Positions 13,422-26,100 of a stretch of DNA of 64,000 nt are shown here, one piece after another. How positions within the stretch are numbered: the first letter of the stretch is position 1; each line of letters starts with the position of its first letter. The position numbers and the translations under genes were made by a program. Origin of the DNA: Trichodelitschia bisporula (taxonomy: Eukaryota); assembly GCA_010356995.1 (NCBI GenBank), contig ML996698.1:617923-681922 (forward strand), in the 5' to 3' direction. The notes beneath the pieces are model-generated. The model saw only the letters and a list, made by a program, of their open reading frames with translations. It ran no database searches and was not told the DNA's origin.

Positions 13422-13876
13422 TAGATGTGGTGAGAGCGCGGGCGGGAGAGCTAACCACAGCCTACTTTCCGTAGTGTCTAGCCGATCTGCGCCAAGCGAG
13501 CTGCGGGCAACGGGCGCCGGAGACGACTGCAGCAGCAGCGCAGGTGCGTAGGTGCGTTGATGGGGGGGAGGGGAGGGGGGGAGAGAGGGGAGCTTTGATG
13601 CTGGTTAACTTACCGTTGCAAAGATTGATAGCGATTGTGTCAAGTGGTGGATGATGAGAGGAAAAAGTATGGGTTCTGTACCCGTAGGGGGGTTTGCGAT
13701 TGTTGAAGTGCGGGCGAAGAGGGGGGGAGGGGAGAATGAAGTGGAAGGGTATGGGGGAGGAGGAAGGGAGAGTGAGGAGAAAGAAGGAGGGAGAGAAGGA
13801 GGGAGAGAAGAGAGGGAGAGGGAGAGGGAAGAAAAGTGTGGGGGAGAAAACGCAGGGGAGAGGGCTCGGCTTTTGG

Positions 13877-13982
13877 TTGTCTGGATTGTCTGGATTGTCT
13901 GGTTGTCGAGGAACGAACGGGTTGGAGAGGGGTGAAATGGGACCAGGACCAGCGAGCAAGAAGCAAGAAGCAAGAAGCAAGA
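13877..13982. repeat. Short tandem repeats (TTGTCTGGA)x3 and (AGCAAGA)x4
   Basis: Read directly at 13877-13903 and 13955-13982. Confidence 0.85.
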
Positions 13983-14621
13983 GAATCAGAGACACAAGAC
14001 AAGAGGCCACTTTGTACAGTTGTATCTGAACTACCGCTCCAGTACCGCTGGGCTTTGTAATGGCCGTGACAGAGACTAGAAGACTACGACGATATGAACG
14101 ACAAGAAACGGAGTGTAAATGACCATCGCATTCATTATTCGACGGGTGCTGATGATACAGTACCAGAGCACCACACGACTACAACGATGAGGCGGAAGAG
14201 GCCGGCGGGCGGCAGCGTGAGGCTTTTGCGCTTCACTTGCCCGTTTGTCACTCTCCTGCTGTTCGCTGTTTGGAATAGAACGAATGGCTCTCCTGCCTCG
14301 AGCTCTGCCCATGCTCAACGTACGTGGTCCCCAGTCCATAACCCTTCTTTGCGCCATACTATTGCCCCCTAGAACTAGTTTCTTCTTCTTCAAGCTCATC
14401 GGGTCCGGTAAAAAGATAATGTTGACGACGTGCCGAGCCCCGCGATAGCTCCTGCTGCGGCGCTTTCCCCCTCACGACATCGAGTTCCAATGAAACCAGA
14501 AAGATGTACAACAAGTGTCCCTACTCCGCATACTGCGCGGTTCCTATCCATCAAGTTTCTTTCGACATGATCTCGTCACACTCGTGTCAACATCTGCAAA
14601 TGGTTAGGAAGTTGATCACAG

Positions 14622-14657
14622 AGCATCAAAGCATCAAAGCATCAAAGCATCAAAGCA
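14622..14657. repeat. (AGCATCAA)x4.5 tandem repeat
   Basis: Read directly. Confidence 0.85.
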
Positions 14658-16037
14658 ATGATGGCAATATAACTTTCGGTGGAGAAGCTCTAGAGCCGCA
14701 CTCTAAGCTTTGCTCCTCCCGTATTTAGGCGCATGTACGTGCCGCAGCCCTGGGGTCCAAGGGTCCTCTTTTTCGGGACGCCAAAAAGGTCATTGCAGCC
14801 CAAGATCCTGTACTGTACTGTACTGTACTTCCTAGCTGCCTACGGATGTACTGTACTGTGTACTCGTAGTTCTACTTTGGCGTTTCGATTGCATCGCGCA
14901 TGCTCTATGGCATTGCTTATGGCATCGGGCCCTCTCCTCCTCCCCTCCTATGCCGATATGTAGCGTATGGATGGCTCAGTGCAGCATAGGAGAAACAGTG
15001 CTCGAGTGAGCAACGGTATGGATATGTAGAAGCCCCGGAGGCTCAATGTAGTGCAGCAAAGGAGCCACAGCGCTCGAGCTAACAACGGCTTTGATCGTTA
15101 CGGTACATGCTTTTGGGCCGCAATCCGATATACGGTGATACGATAGCGTTGCAGGCACGATAATTGCTGTGCCCCGATTGCCAAAAGAACACTTCCTGGC
15201 AACCTTAAGATAGCTGAGATACAGTAGTCGAGGTCGCATTCCAAAGTCAGGCTAATGGCAAAAGGATTTGTACAATGCCGGTTTTGTTGACGACATTCCC
15301 AGCACTGGATCGGGCCGGCGATCAACCCTCTGAGCCAGTCGATGCCGACAGTGATTTGGCGAAACTTTGGGGCAGTCGGAGGCGTTGGCTTGCCTGCAAC
15401 TCGGTAGCACCTGTTTCTCTAGCAGATTATCGTGTCCATGGTAGATTACCGCCTTTAGATTGCTTGGTTGATTTGTACTATGGAAGTATGCGAGAGATGA
15501 TCATGCGGAGGCCCAAGCGACGCACAAGCCCCAAGCACACGAAGTCCAAAAGGCCATAAGAAAAAGAAGTCATGGCCACATTTACTATGTACTTTCGGTG
15601 GTAGGGACAGCTATGACCTCTTTTAATGGCCCCTAATCCTCCAACCCGGTCCAACCAGTGCCAAGCCAGGCGGGAAACCCGCAGGGAAAGGTCCCCCCTT
15701 GAGCCAATCACCGTGCTCGCGTCTGTCTTTAGCGCTGCCGCCGCTGGGCGCTCGCCTACTGGACATGACGGAGATGCACTTCTCGGTGGGTTACGATGTG
15801 TTGATCATCCATCGAACCTCCAACTCACCCCCCCCCCCGCCAAATACCTTTTCCCCATACTACCCTTCAATCCTCCATATCCAACCCCACTCTCCGCCAT
15901 CCCTCTTATCTCATCCGCCATCATCTTCTCTCTCTTCCCATAACGCGCACCATCCCGAAACGCCTCACGCACCCCTGATCTGTGGCGTGTTATTCATCCG
16001 TTCTCCACCGTTTTGGCATCCCCTCCTTTGCAGCACC

Positions 16038-19000
16038 ATGGCTCACGAGGCCTCATCAGACCTAGGAGCGCGTGGCTCTTCCGGCTCGGGCCGTTCATCT
16101 GGCCCTCGTCGCTTGAATGTAAATTACACTAACCCGTCATCCTCCGTTGTCGCTAACACCAACTTCCAGCCCCAGCAGCAACTCCACCAGATCGAAAAAA
16201 GTGTAACACACCTGCTGGTCGCCACTAAGCAGCTTCTAGAAACCCTTACACTATGGTCAAGAGGAGGCGCAACTGAAGGGGAGGTGTCGGATGTTTACGT
16301 GCGCCTTGGTTATGAGTTCAACATCGCATGTCGCGCCTTCAACGCTATTGGAGTGGAAACCTCGGACCTGGGTCCCGTTCCCGATCTGCTACGCTCTATT
16401 CTCGAAGATACCTTGAGCCAGGAAGCCTCTCAGAGCAGCCTCGATCGATTCCTGCCGCGAATAAGAGATATCATCATAAATCTGCTTCAAGGGCTGAAGA
16501 AGAAGCAGGCAAGACTTCGTGCCCGGGCAGCTCGAGAATCGGATCGGACACCTGGTTCTAGTTCGAGGCAAGATTCCTTCGATGTTGCCACATCAGATGT
16601 CATCCAGCAAGAGGTTCCGCCGGCGAGGACATTGAGCGGGAGCTCCAGATCCGTGCCCCCGCGGCAAGGCAGTCGGGACATTCCTCCCAATGCCAGCGAG
16701 CCACCCCCGAGGATCACAACGCGGGAAGACGGGCGGTCATCTCCTCCGTTTTCCAACAGTGGTCGCCCTGAGCGCTTCGAAAATGAGTCCGACTCGACCT
16801 TGTCAAGTCGTACAGCACAAAACATTCCGGTCATTGCTCCTTATCCACAGGAGGATACCATCCCAACGGGTCCCACCATGGGGCCAACCCCGCCGCGGCA
16901 TTCGATAGTCCAAAACTTCCCTCACCCTCCGCCGCCTCCGCCAAAACAACAAGATGCCCTGCTCACTCTTCAGCGCACCGGTGACCTAGAACGGCGGGCG
17001 TCGCGGAGATTTTCGACATATCAGATAAACAAGCAACTTGGCGCTGCAAATGGCATCCCTATGCTCCCAAGCCAAAACTCACCTATTCCGAACAGAGGAC
17101 GCGAGGCTCGCGAATCGATCCAGGCGGTACGCCCCAGAGGCTCCCAGCTGTATCAGCGTCAGAAGTCAGAGAGACGGCTGGTTGGGGAGCAGTCGCCGAG
17201 CCGCAGTGTGCCTCCACGCATATCTGAAGAAGAACTCCAGCCGACTTTCGGGCAGTCGACAGTGTCTCTGCCGGCTGACGGCCGCGCACCTTCGGTGCCA
17301 ACGTTAGGAAAGGTGCTGACCTATGACGATGACAATACGTCAGTCACGGGAGTAGTGGGGGTGAACGAGCTTGCCGGCTCAGAAGTCCAGAGCTCAGCGC
17401 CCGCCGCGATTCCTGCTCGTCGGTCATCACGCAAGGAGAGGACGTCTTCGCCAGCCTCTCAACAGTTTGGCCCGGATGATTCACCACAACCCGGCAAGCC
17501 ACTCACTCTGTTTCTCCAGTATAAAAGTCAAGTTAAGAAGGTCATCCTTGACGATGGGTTCAACGATCTCTCCATCGCAAGATTACAACTGGCGTTCATT
17601 GACAAATTCGCTTGGAACACGCACAATAACGGCGTTGACTTGCCAGACATTTACATTCAAGACTCTAGCACTGGTGTGCGATACGAGTTGGAAGACCTAA
17701 ACGATATCAAGAACAACACTGTTCTTGTGCTGAATGTGGAGCCCCTGGACGAAGTCAAACGGCACATAGACGACGGCCTCAGCGGCTTGCGCCGTATCGT
17801 GGAGGGCATCAAGACTGCTGTTGATGATCAGCAGTCCGCAATTCAACGTGTCAGCGACCGACAGCAGGAGGCCGCTAAAGGCATTGCCGGTCTGGTCGTC
17901 GCTCCCATATCAGCCATGCCGTCTACACAGCTGTCCAGCAAGCGACCAATGTCGCCCGTCAAAGGCGGCATGAACCAGTTGACCGAGATTCAAACTCTGC
18001 GCCGCGATCTCGCGGTCATGCGACAAACCTACTCGTCTTTCGTGTCTGACGTTAACGCTTCGATGGCGGCAGTCCGTACCAAGGCGGCATCCGTCAAGAG
18101 CGTTGCTGTTAAGGTTTCGCTTCCTGACCTTTCCGGTGATTCCGGTCGCGCGTACATCAACAAGGGCCTTTACGACCAGCTTTCTAAAGAGCAAACAACG
18201 ATCGTGGAGCGGGTCGACGAAGTTCAAGACCTGATTGAGGATTTACGCAAAGACGTGGTCACGCGTGGCGTCCGTCCGCTCCCGCGCCAGCTTGAACAGG
18301 TTGCCAAAGACCTTAGCAATGCGACTGCCGGCGTCAAGCGGCTGGAGGCGTACCTTTCAAAGGAGAAGCCTCTTTGGACCAAGATTTGGAAGTCAGAGCT
18401 GCAGCAGGTTTGCGACGACAAAGATGCCGTTGCTGACTCCGAGGCGTTGGTTAACGATATGAAGCACGATCTCGAAGAGGCTGACGTTACCTTCCGGCTC
18501 GTCGAAGAAGCTTGTCGCCAGCAGAACATGTCCGCGCCAGAAAACGCCGGGTCCGGTCCTGCACTGCCTAGCCGGAACATTAGCGGAAACGCGCGATTCG
18601 CGGCACTGGCCATGGACCAGGCGGTTGACCCCCGGAAAGCGAAGGACGGCGTCCTCGGCGAGGTCAAGGGCCTTACGATCGATCATGATTCGCGATTGGA
18701 AGCCATTGAGCGTGCGGAGAAAGCGAGACAGAAGGAACTCGAAGGCCGCGACGATGGGGAGTTCAAGAAAGAGCTTGGTAATTTTGTCGAAGAGGGGAAG
18801 TTAAAGAAGAGCGGGGGAGTAGAGGAGGCTGAGCGCCTGCGCAAGGCGAAGGATGAACGCATTCGGCGAGAGGTCTGGGAGCGGATGAACGGCGGTGCAG
18901 CGGGACCTCCACCAGGGCCGATGGAGGAGCAACAGCCTTCGGGCGAGTTGGAAGTGCAGCAGGGTGGTACGTCGGACGCGACCACGCCTGATCAGAAATT

Positions 19001-19049
19001 TGTGGATGCCGCGGAGGCACCGTTGCCGTTGACGACTAAACCTGCGTAG
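16038..19049 (+). CDS. BUD6: Actin-interacting polarity protein Aip3/Bud6
   Basis: IEKSVTHLLVATKQLLETLT, VSDVYVRLGYEFN, LTLFLQYKSQVKK, LQLAFIDKFAW, LRKDVVTRGVRP, EKPLWTKIW, DHDSRLEAIERAEK. Possible in-frame 51-nt intron at 16119-16169. Confidence 0.93.
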   Translation: MAHEASSDLGARGSSGSGRSSGPRRLNVNYTNPSSSVVANTNFQPQQQLHQIEKSVTHLLVATKQLLETLTLWSRGGATEGEVSDVYVRLGYEFNIACRAFNAIGVETSDLGPVPDLLRSILEDTLSQEASQSSLDRFLPRIRDIIINLLQGLKKKQARLRARAARESDRTPGSSSRQDSFDVATSDVIQQEVPPARTLSGSSRSVPPRQGSRDIPPNASEPPPRITTREDGRSSPPFSNSGRPERFENESDSTLSSRTAQNIPVIAPYPQEDTIPTGPTMGPTPPRHSIVQNFPHPPPPPPKQQDALLTLQRTGDLERRASRRFSTYQINKQLGAANGIPMLPSQNSPIPNRGREARESIQAVRPRGSQLYQRQKSERRLVGEQSPSRSVPPRISEEELQPTFGQSTVSLPADGRAPSVPTLGKVLTYDDDNTSVTGVVGVNELAGSEVQSSAPAAIPARRSSRKERTSSPASQQFGPDDSPQPGKPLTLFLQYKSQVKKVILDDGFNDLSIARLQLAFIDKFAWNTHNNGVDLPDIYIQDSSTGVRYELEDLNDIKNNTVLVLNVEPLDEVKRHIDDGLSGLRRIVEGIKTAVDDQQSAIQRVSDRQQEAAKGIAGLVVAPISAMPSTQLSSKRPMSPVKGGMNQLTEIQTLRRDLAVMRQTYSSFVSDVNASMAAVRTKAASVKSVAVKVSLPDLSGDSGRAYINKGLYDQLSKEQTTIVERVDEVQDLIEDLRKDVVTRGVRPLPRQLEQVAKDLSNATAGVKRLEAYLSKEKPLWTKIWKSELQQVCDDKDAVADSEALVNDMKHDLEEADVTFRLVEEACRQQNMSAPENAGSGPALPSRNISGNARFAALAMDQAVDPRKAKDGVLGEVKGLTIDHDSRLEAIERAEKARQKELEGRDDGEFKKELGNFVEEGKLKKSGGVEEAERLRKAKDERIRREVWERMNGGAAGPPPGPMEEQQPSGELEVQQGGTSDATTPDQKFVDAAEAPLPLTTKPA

Positions 19050-19479
19050 CGTGACGCTTCGCCGTAGGATGGCACGTCCGCTTTGTTGGAGGCCTTTGGT
19101 ATAGTTACATGGTCGATGCGAGACGATGTGTAACATGAGTGTAGTGATGGAATGGTATGAATAATTTACGTTTAGCAAGCGTTGGGTGCTTGTTAGGACA
19201 GGTGTTCCCAGAGTACTGGAAGTTTCGACGATAGGGATGGTTCGTGTGGTCTTTGTTCCCCACGTGTCATTAGTTCTGCGTATTTAGCGGGATGAAGTTC
19301 GGCGTGCTTGTGTATTTGTTTCTCCAGGCGACATAGCTGCCAAATTTATACCACTTGAGGCTTATTCGGGCTGTCGCGTATTCTACAGTTACGTTGTGTT
19401 GAAGAATTGACCCCAGTCCCTATTCACACGAACCCATGAAGGTGGCACAAATGCGCCACGCAAAGACGCCAGCAGTTAC

Positions 19480-21714
19480 TCAAACAAAGTCAAATGTATC
19501 GCCTCCCTTATTCTTGAGCATGGTCCCCACTCTCTTCGTACCCACAATCCGCTCAAGCTTCAAGGCGTCCCACTTCGAGAACAACGCCTTCACATTAGCC
19601 TCCTCGGCGCTCGTCTTCCCGTCCAGGATAGAGCGCAAAATGAAGCCACCGACAAGCTCCTTGTAAAACATGGGATTATCAGGTAACGCGTACATTATCA
19701 CTCTCTTCACGCCGCGGATTTGGTATCGGAAGAAGTGGTGTGCGCGCCCGGAGTATAGCAGCACGGAGTGCTTCCCGGACAAGAAATGTGAGCGCGCACG
19801 CCGCACTTGGGCACTGGCTGGCTCTTGGTTCTCGGAGATGACACCAAAGGAGATATTCTGCGTGGCTGACGATGTGGCGAAATAATTCCTCACCCGTACA
19901 AAATCAAAGTACGAAGGGATGAAGATGACGACGCCGAGGCAGCCATCTGGAGGCTTGGGGTAACGCGTGAGGGAGGGTATGATGGTGGTAGTGAAGGCTT
20001 TAAAGCGGGCATCGGGATCGTTGACAATGGAGGGGGCGTCGAAGCGAGAGAAGGTCTGCTTGATATGCAAGCCGATGTCGAGCATAGCGCCAGGATATTC
20101 GGGATGAGACTTCACCTTGCCGGCGACGTTGTGCATGTAGCGTGTGAAGATCTTGTTGAGCTCTGGTGTCAAGAAGGCGGAAAGTACAATGGTTTGACGG
20201 AGGTACTTTGCGTTGCCATCGAGGTACCAGTTGCGCACCCGACCGAAGTCACAGCCGTGGGCTTCCTTGGGCTGGAGGTTGAGGTGGTCAAGGACGTATT
20301 CCACGTGCTCCCAGTTCTGCATCAGTAGAGCATCAGCTTGATCCATAATGACAATCTCAATGGAACTGAGGTAGTCATAGTCTTGCTTTTTCTTGCTGTT
20401 TCGCACGTTAGAGCTAGGCTGAGAGAAAGAGTCGTCCAGGAACTTACTCCTCAGAATCCAAAGCGCTCCGCAGGCCGAGCGGACTGGCTAGAATGATGTC
20501 CGAGTTGTAAAATTGCGCAAAGTACTTGACGGTTTTGCGAGTGAACTTGACGCCAATTCTGAACATGTCATCATCGTTACCGTCGAAGAGCTCTCGATAG
20601 TCAGCTGGCCGTTCTTCATCAAGCTGGGTCTCCTCTTGAATATAGCCCTCCTCGAATCGCTTCCTGTTCTCTTCTTGCTCGGGTGCACACAACTCGACTA
20701 TTGTCTTCATGATGCGAGCGCAAGAGTTTCTCGTGGGAAGTAGGATCAAGACCTTCGGCCGAGTAAAACCTTGGTCTCGGAATTCGGCGTCTTCATCTGT
20801 GCTTTTTTTCATGCGCTCGTTGTTCTTGAGCACCCTATCCCGAGTCTTGAGCACGTGGTTCAAAGCGTGGAGACAGGCGAGAGTCCGGAGTTTGGGGCCA
20901 TTTTGAACAGTTCTGCCTCCAAAAAGAATGTCGTGGTACTCGAACAACTGAGACGTGAACGGTCGTTCAACGCCCTCAATATCCGGGATAGCGCGAGCAG
21001 CAGGTCCACGCAGTTTACTCTTCAGTTTCAGGGCTTCAATGGACGATGCACTGTACTTGAGCTTGCTGGAGGCCGAAGGGTCATCCGTTTCAGGGGTAAA
21101 GAGAATCCATTTACCAAGTGAAGCAGTCGTTTTCTGCTCAGCTTGCCATCGGTTCTCAGAGACAGCCTTGAGTGTTTGGGCCAGGTCTTTTTCATCGGGG
21201 CTATCGAAATGGGTGTGAAAGGGGTCGGAAATGTCATCGTCAACGTCCATGGCATCGGCATCTTCGTCGTCCGACTCAGCATCGCTGGAAGCATTCGGCC
21301 CATCGTCGCTGGAGGGGGTCTGGGAACCACCTTCATCATCGCCTTCATCATCACCCGGTCCGGATGAGCGATGATCGGTGCAGTGGGAGTCGGCATCTAT
21401 CTTGCGCCGTTTCTTTTGAGGCTCCGAACTGTCGGAAGCCTTGCCAAAGCTCTCAAGAAGTAGGCTGTATGCCTTGGTAGCTGTGACTGGCTCGACTTCA
21501 CTTCCTGAAAGGTCGGAATCGGCTTCTTCTGGGTCGTTTTCCAACACTTGCGGCTCAAGTTGCTGCTGTCTTAAGTATGGTTAAGAGTGGATATATAAAA
21601 GGGGACCCAGAGTGCATACTCGTCGTCAGAATCTTGAATTCTCGATGAAATAAATCCCCTTTTTCTGGGCATTTGGCGGCCATTACGGCCTCCTCTCGCT
21701 CGTTTGACTCCCAT
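19480..21714 (-). CDS. UTP25: U3 snoRNA-associated protein 25 (DEF/DUF1253), 3 exons
   Basis: [63 protein letters not shown]. First exon [10 protein letters not shown] from 21714. Confidence 0.93.
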
Positions 21715-21951
21715 TGGTCAGACTTGTGACTCAAGGACTATTAAAAGGCATATGTGTAGACGTGATGTTGTTGCAAACTGGGTGAGGTTGACGCGAAAAG
21801 ATCCCCTCTCCCTCAGCCACGAGATTAGCGAGGCCAAGCCTTTTTTTTCCTAACCCTCAGCCCACACAAAGCTCAACACCACGTACCCCCACCTTCCAGT
21901 GCCACCCAACTACTCCACTACATCTGCGCCAGTCGAACTCTACAGCCCAGC

Positions 21952-23129
21952 ATGACGAGCCCCGACTCCTTCCTCCACCTTGCGCGCCCCCTCGGCCCTG
22001 CGCCCGTCGCTGCGTCGCATTCTTCTGCGCCCATCAATGTGGTGGTTCACCCTCAGGTAAGGAAAGATCCGGTGCCCCACAGTGCAAAACCAGCGCCAAT
22101 TATACCGACTTACGCAAACAACTAGGCAATCTTCTCCATTCTCGATCACTCCCTGCGCCGCAACGTTGATCAGGAGCGCGTTATCGGTACTCTTCTCGGC
22201 GTCCGCAGCGAGGATGGCTCCGAAGTTGAAATCCGCAACTGCTACGCCGTACCACACACCGAGACCGCTGAGCAGGTCGAAGTCGATATGGACTATCAGA
22301 AGCAGATGCTCGCCCTGCACCTGCGTGCCAACCCGCGCGAAGTGCTCGTCGGGTGGTACGCCACGAGCTCCGAGCTGAACACATTCTCTGCGCTCATCCA
22401 AAACTTCTACGGCCAGCAAGGAGATGGTACCTGGCCGCACCCGGCGGTTCATTTGACGGTCTCGACGGTCCCGGGCCAGGATATTGAGGCGCGGACTTAC
22501 ATCTCAGCGCCTATCGGCGTGACGGCGGAGCGGGCCGCGGATAGTTGCCTTTTCATTCCCGTGCCGTACGAGATCAAGTACGGCGATGCAGAGAAGAGTG
22601 GACTGGAGCTCATTTCCTCGGCAAAGGATCGGGAGGACCGGACACAGGGCGTCCTGACCGATATCGAGACGTTGGAGCGGACTATCGAGAGTGTTCTCGA
22701 GATGCTGGATCGCGTTTCAAACTACGTGAACAATGTCCTGGACGAGGAGGCCCCTCCGTCTAGCGCACTGGGGCAGTTCCTCATGAACACTTTGTCGCTG
22801 GCGCCCAAGGTCGACCCTGCCGACATTGAACGTGACTTGTACGCCAATTTCCTACCTCTCTGTATATCTCGGCTAACTTTTGCAGCAACAATCACATCCA
22901 GGACGTTCTCGTCGTCTCTTACCTCGCCAATACTATCCGCACGCAGATCGACCTCTCCAACCGGCTTGCCACCGCGGCGCTTACAATGGGACCAGGCGAT
23001 GCTCTGGCTAGCACGGAGGGAGGTCAGAAGGGGCAGGATAATAAGCGTGGAGGTGGCAAGGGCCGGGGCCGCCAGCAGCAACAGCAACAGCAGCAAGCGC
23101 CGGCCCCTGCCGTTGCCGTGGAGCAGTGA
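21952..23129 (+). CDS. eIF3f: Eukaryotic translation initiation factor 3 subunit F (MPN domain), 3 exons
   Basis: [72 protein letters not shown]; stop TGA at 23127-23129. Confidence 0.93.
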
Positions 23130-26100
23130 GACCGAAATGGGCGTATCGTGTCCAGAATTGCGGTGTCTTGTGCGGTTCATCCCCTGCATGGTGGGTTGGA
23201 TGAGGAGTTTGGCGTCCCGGCTCGTTCTCTTGTCATCGGGGTCATGGAAAAGCAAGGTTTTACGCAGCATTCCGTGGCGCCGATATGCGGTCTGGTGAAT
23301 AGAGCATGTTGCAACTGAGTTTCTATGTATGGGCGCCTTTTTACATGCTGTATCCGTATGGCTTCGGGGAAGAGATGCGCTTAGCTACTGGCTGCTGGGG
23401 ATGATGTTGTTTGTGTCGGGTAACTTGGGCGAGGAAAGAGCGATGATGGGATGACGGGGACAGGCGGGGGCGTTTTATAGGCCCCGGAATTCGCAATAGA
23501 CTCGCAGTGATCGCCCTTAGACCCTTCAAGCTGCGACTAGTGCCATACGGAATGAAATTACATTGTGAGATGTCATTTGGGTTGGTAATGTGGGGAAACG
23601 TTGATGGTACTACCGTAGTGGAGAACTAGTGTACACGTGATGTCATGCAACACGGACGAATCGCAAAAAGGACGTCTGTTGAGAGAGATGTCCATCTCGT
23701 ACTCAAGATGTGGGCCGAGGTGAAGTTGACAAGCGACACCTGCCAGGTTCAGCATAGTTACACAGTCCAAAGCATTAGCAGGTACTGGGTATCACGTATC
23801 TCGGAATATTGTAGGCACCCCGCCATGTCGATATCTCAAGGGCGGGGCTGCGGGGTTATCGGATAGGGCGATGGTATCAGCGGCGCTATATACAGGAACT
23901 GACGTCCGAGGCAAAAGCTTCGGTTTACGGGGTACGGTAGTGCTCTATATTTGCATCCTTTGGCCGGGATGGCAGGCTAGGGTTGTTGGAAAGAAGGTTG
24001 CGATTAATCAATCTCCTGACCCGAAGTCCAAGGGGCTACGCGGCTCCGCGGGACGGGCGCAACGGACCGGAGTTGCAAAACCAGACACGCACGCCATGAT
24101 AGAAACATTCAATCTACCAGCACTGATGGTGCGGGCAAGGCTTTGAATCTAATGAGGAAGGTCGGGTTCATATACTAGACGGAGACATAGTATGGTCCTG
24201 ACTTTGATAAGAGGTCGTCACGAAGAGGTGTCCAAGATTCCAACAGAAATGGTTGGCGGTACTCGTTCCTTAATTGGCCACCGGACGTCTGAATGGCCAC
24301 AGTGGTTGGTCTGCTCAAAGGGGCCGCGCAAGCTGGTCCGAAATTTTCATTCGCTGGTCAGGAGGGACGTTGGCCTTGCGCCATGCATGGAAGACCGACA
24401 AGAACAAGGCGAAGCCGCATGGGGCCCAGTGCAGCACGCAGCTCCCGATGCATCTTGCGGCGCCCTCTTCCGTAAGTCGGTCAAGATGCTGTTGGGCCTT
24501 AAGGGCGTACTATGACTTCCTCCACCACCTACATGCCGGAGCATTCGTCTTTCAACTCCAGATGCCGCACCCAGTGGACAGGAAAAGGCGCCCTGCAGAG
24601 GCCGGCCTCACAAAGATGCGATCAGAAGCATGGCAGGAATCGGGCGTCGAAACTGCAGTGTTCCTTCTGGGGGCTTATGCGTTTAGACGCCCGGTGCGTT
24701 TGCACCTGCAGGCAAGGCGGCTTAGGACGGAAGGGCGTCCAAGGCTGACTGTCAATCTGCACTTCGGGTGAAGGAGAAATATGCCTTCCGATACCGTGTC
24801 GCCTTAACGACATTCTTTTGTTTGACTTGGAGAGGAGCAGACAGAGCCTTGGAAGCTAGCACGGCTAGCCAATATTGGACCCTAATTATACATCAGTTCT
24901 ACGTTCGGCCTCTTCGGATTCGATTCATCTGTGGTTCTGTACTTTTCATGTCACCAAGTGACATGACTGGCAAAAGTGCAGCAAAATTGGACGATGAGGT
25001 TTGCCGATTGCCGATTGCTGGTGAGAGGCTCCATACCAGCGTACATACTACGGATGTACGTACTCGCACATTCCGTGCAGCAAAGTGTATCAGATGCCAA
25101 GCTTCACAGAAAAGGGCAAGGGCTGGGCGGCGGCCCGGCAGTGGAACACTTGGGCCGACGAGCCTGCTGCGTGGGGAGAGCTGCCGCTTGGCTGATTGGC
25201 GCTGGGAAGAGATGTCTGGGCGTGATGGCATGCCAAGGGCGACGTTGACATCTCAAACCCGCCATGGGTCATTCGATAACCTGACTGGCTGATATTACGA
25301 CTGCAGCACCCCCGGCACAGCCACACATACCACAAGGCGTTGCGATCGACTGGGGAGGTGGTTACTTTTAGTGTGACCTCCATCACATCTACTACGGGTA
25401 TGTCTTCTTCCCATGCCTTCTTCCTTTAGCCTTTTGCGACTGCTTTGCGCACATGAAATACTCCGATGTACTATCACACGCTGTACCACCTCGCCTCGCA
25501 TAAGGCTGGAGACTCACCGGTTTATCGACGAAACGCGTACCTAACTTCAGGAGGCATGACTCTGCCTCCGTCGCTTTCGCCTTTACAATGACAAAATAAG
25601 GCCGAAGGAGACCAACCTTTTCAACTCTCGCTATTCGGCTTCCGCCTTATGCCGCGACTCGGACGTCGCAAGTCGCAAGTCGCGCAGAGCATCTCATATC
25701 ACATCCAATCCAATATTCAAGCCAGTAACAACCTCCCAGCTCACTTCACTCATCACACACACACTTAACCGTAGTACTCTCTCTCTTTCTCACTTCTCGC
25801 GGGGCCCAAATCGCACTAACTGCCTCCTATCTATCATGCCCATTTCCTCCCACCTAACTCCCCTCCTCTCTCTCTCTCTCGACATCTCCCACACCCCGGA
25901 CTCCTCCCTTCCTACTGACATTCCCCCCCCCCATCCTTGCACACTCCATCGTTCCCTTCCGCCTCCCTCCCTCCCCCCCCGGTCCATTCCCACCAGGCTG
26001 CCGCCACGCCGCATCTCTTCTCTCATCTCTCACCACCCGCACTTTTGCCCTACTCTCATGCCCAACTTCCTCCTTCACTCTCGCAACTCAATCTCGTCCT

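Noticed and set aside
12797..14060. Many overlapping Gly/Glu- or Pro/Ser-rich ORFs
   Set aside because: By-products of purine/pyrimidine-skewed low-complexity DNA that lacks stop codons.
13331..14660. Short repeats considered as a CRISPR-like array
   Set aside because: Tandem simple repeats without unique spacers, in a eukaryotic context with no cas genes.
15699..16037. N-terminal 113 aa of the 1116-aa BUD6 ORF
   Set aside because: Opens at a TTG in pyrimidine-rich leader-like sequence; ATG 16038 has a good CACCATGG context and precedes the conserved region.
22722..23482. 182-aa ORF antisense to eIF3f with a TATA-like CCTATAAAA on minus near 23475
   Set aside because: Overlaps a conserved gene, low complexity and no domain; antisense transcription cannot be shown from sequence.
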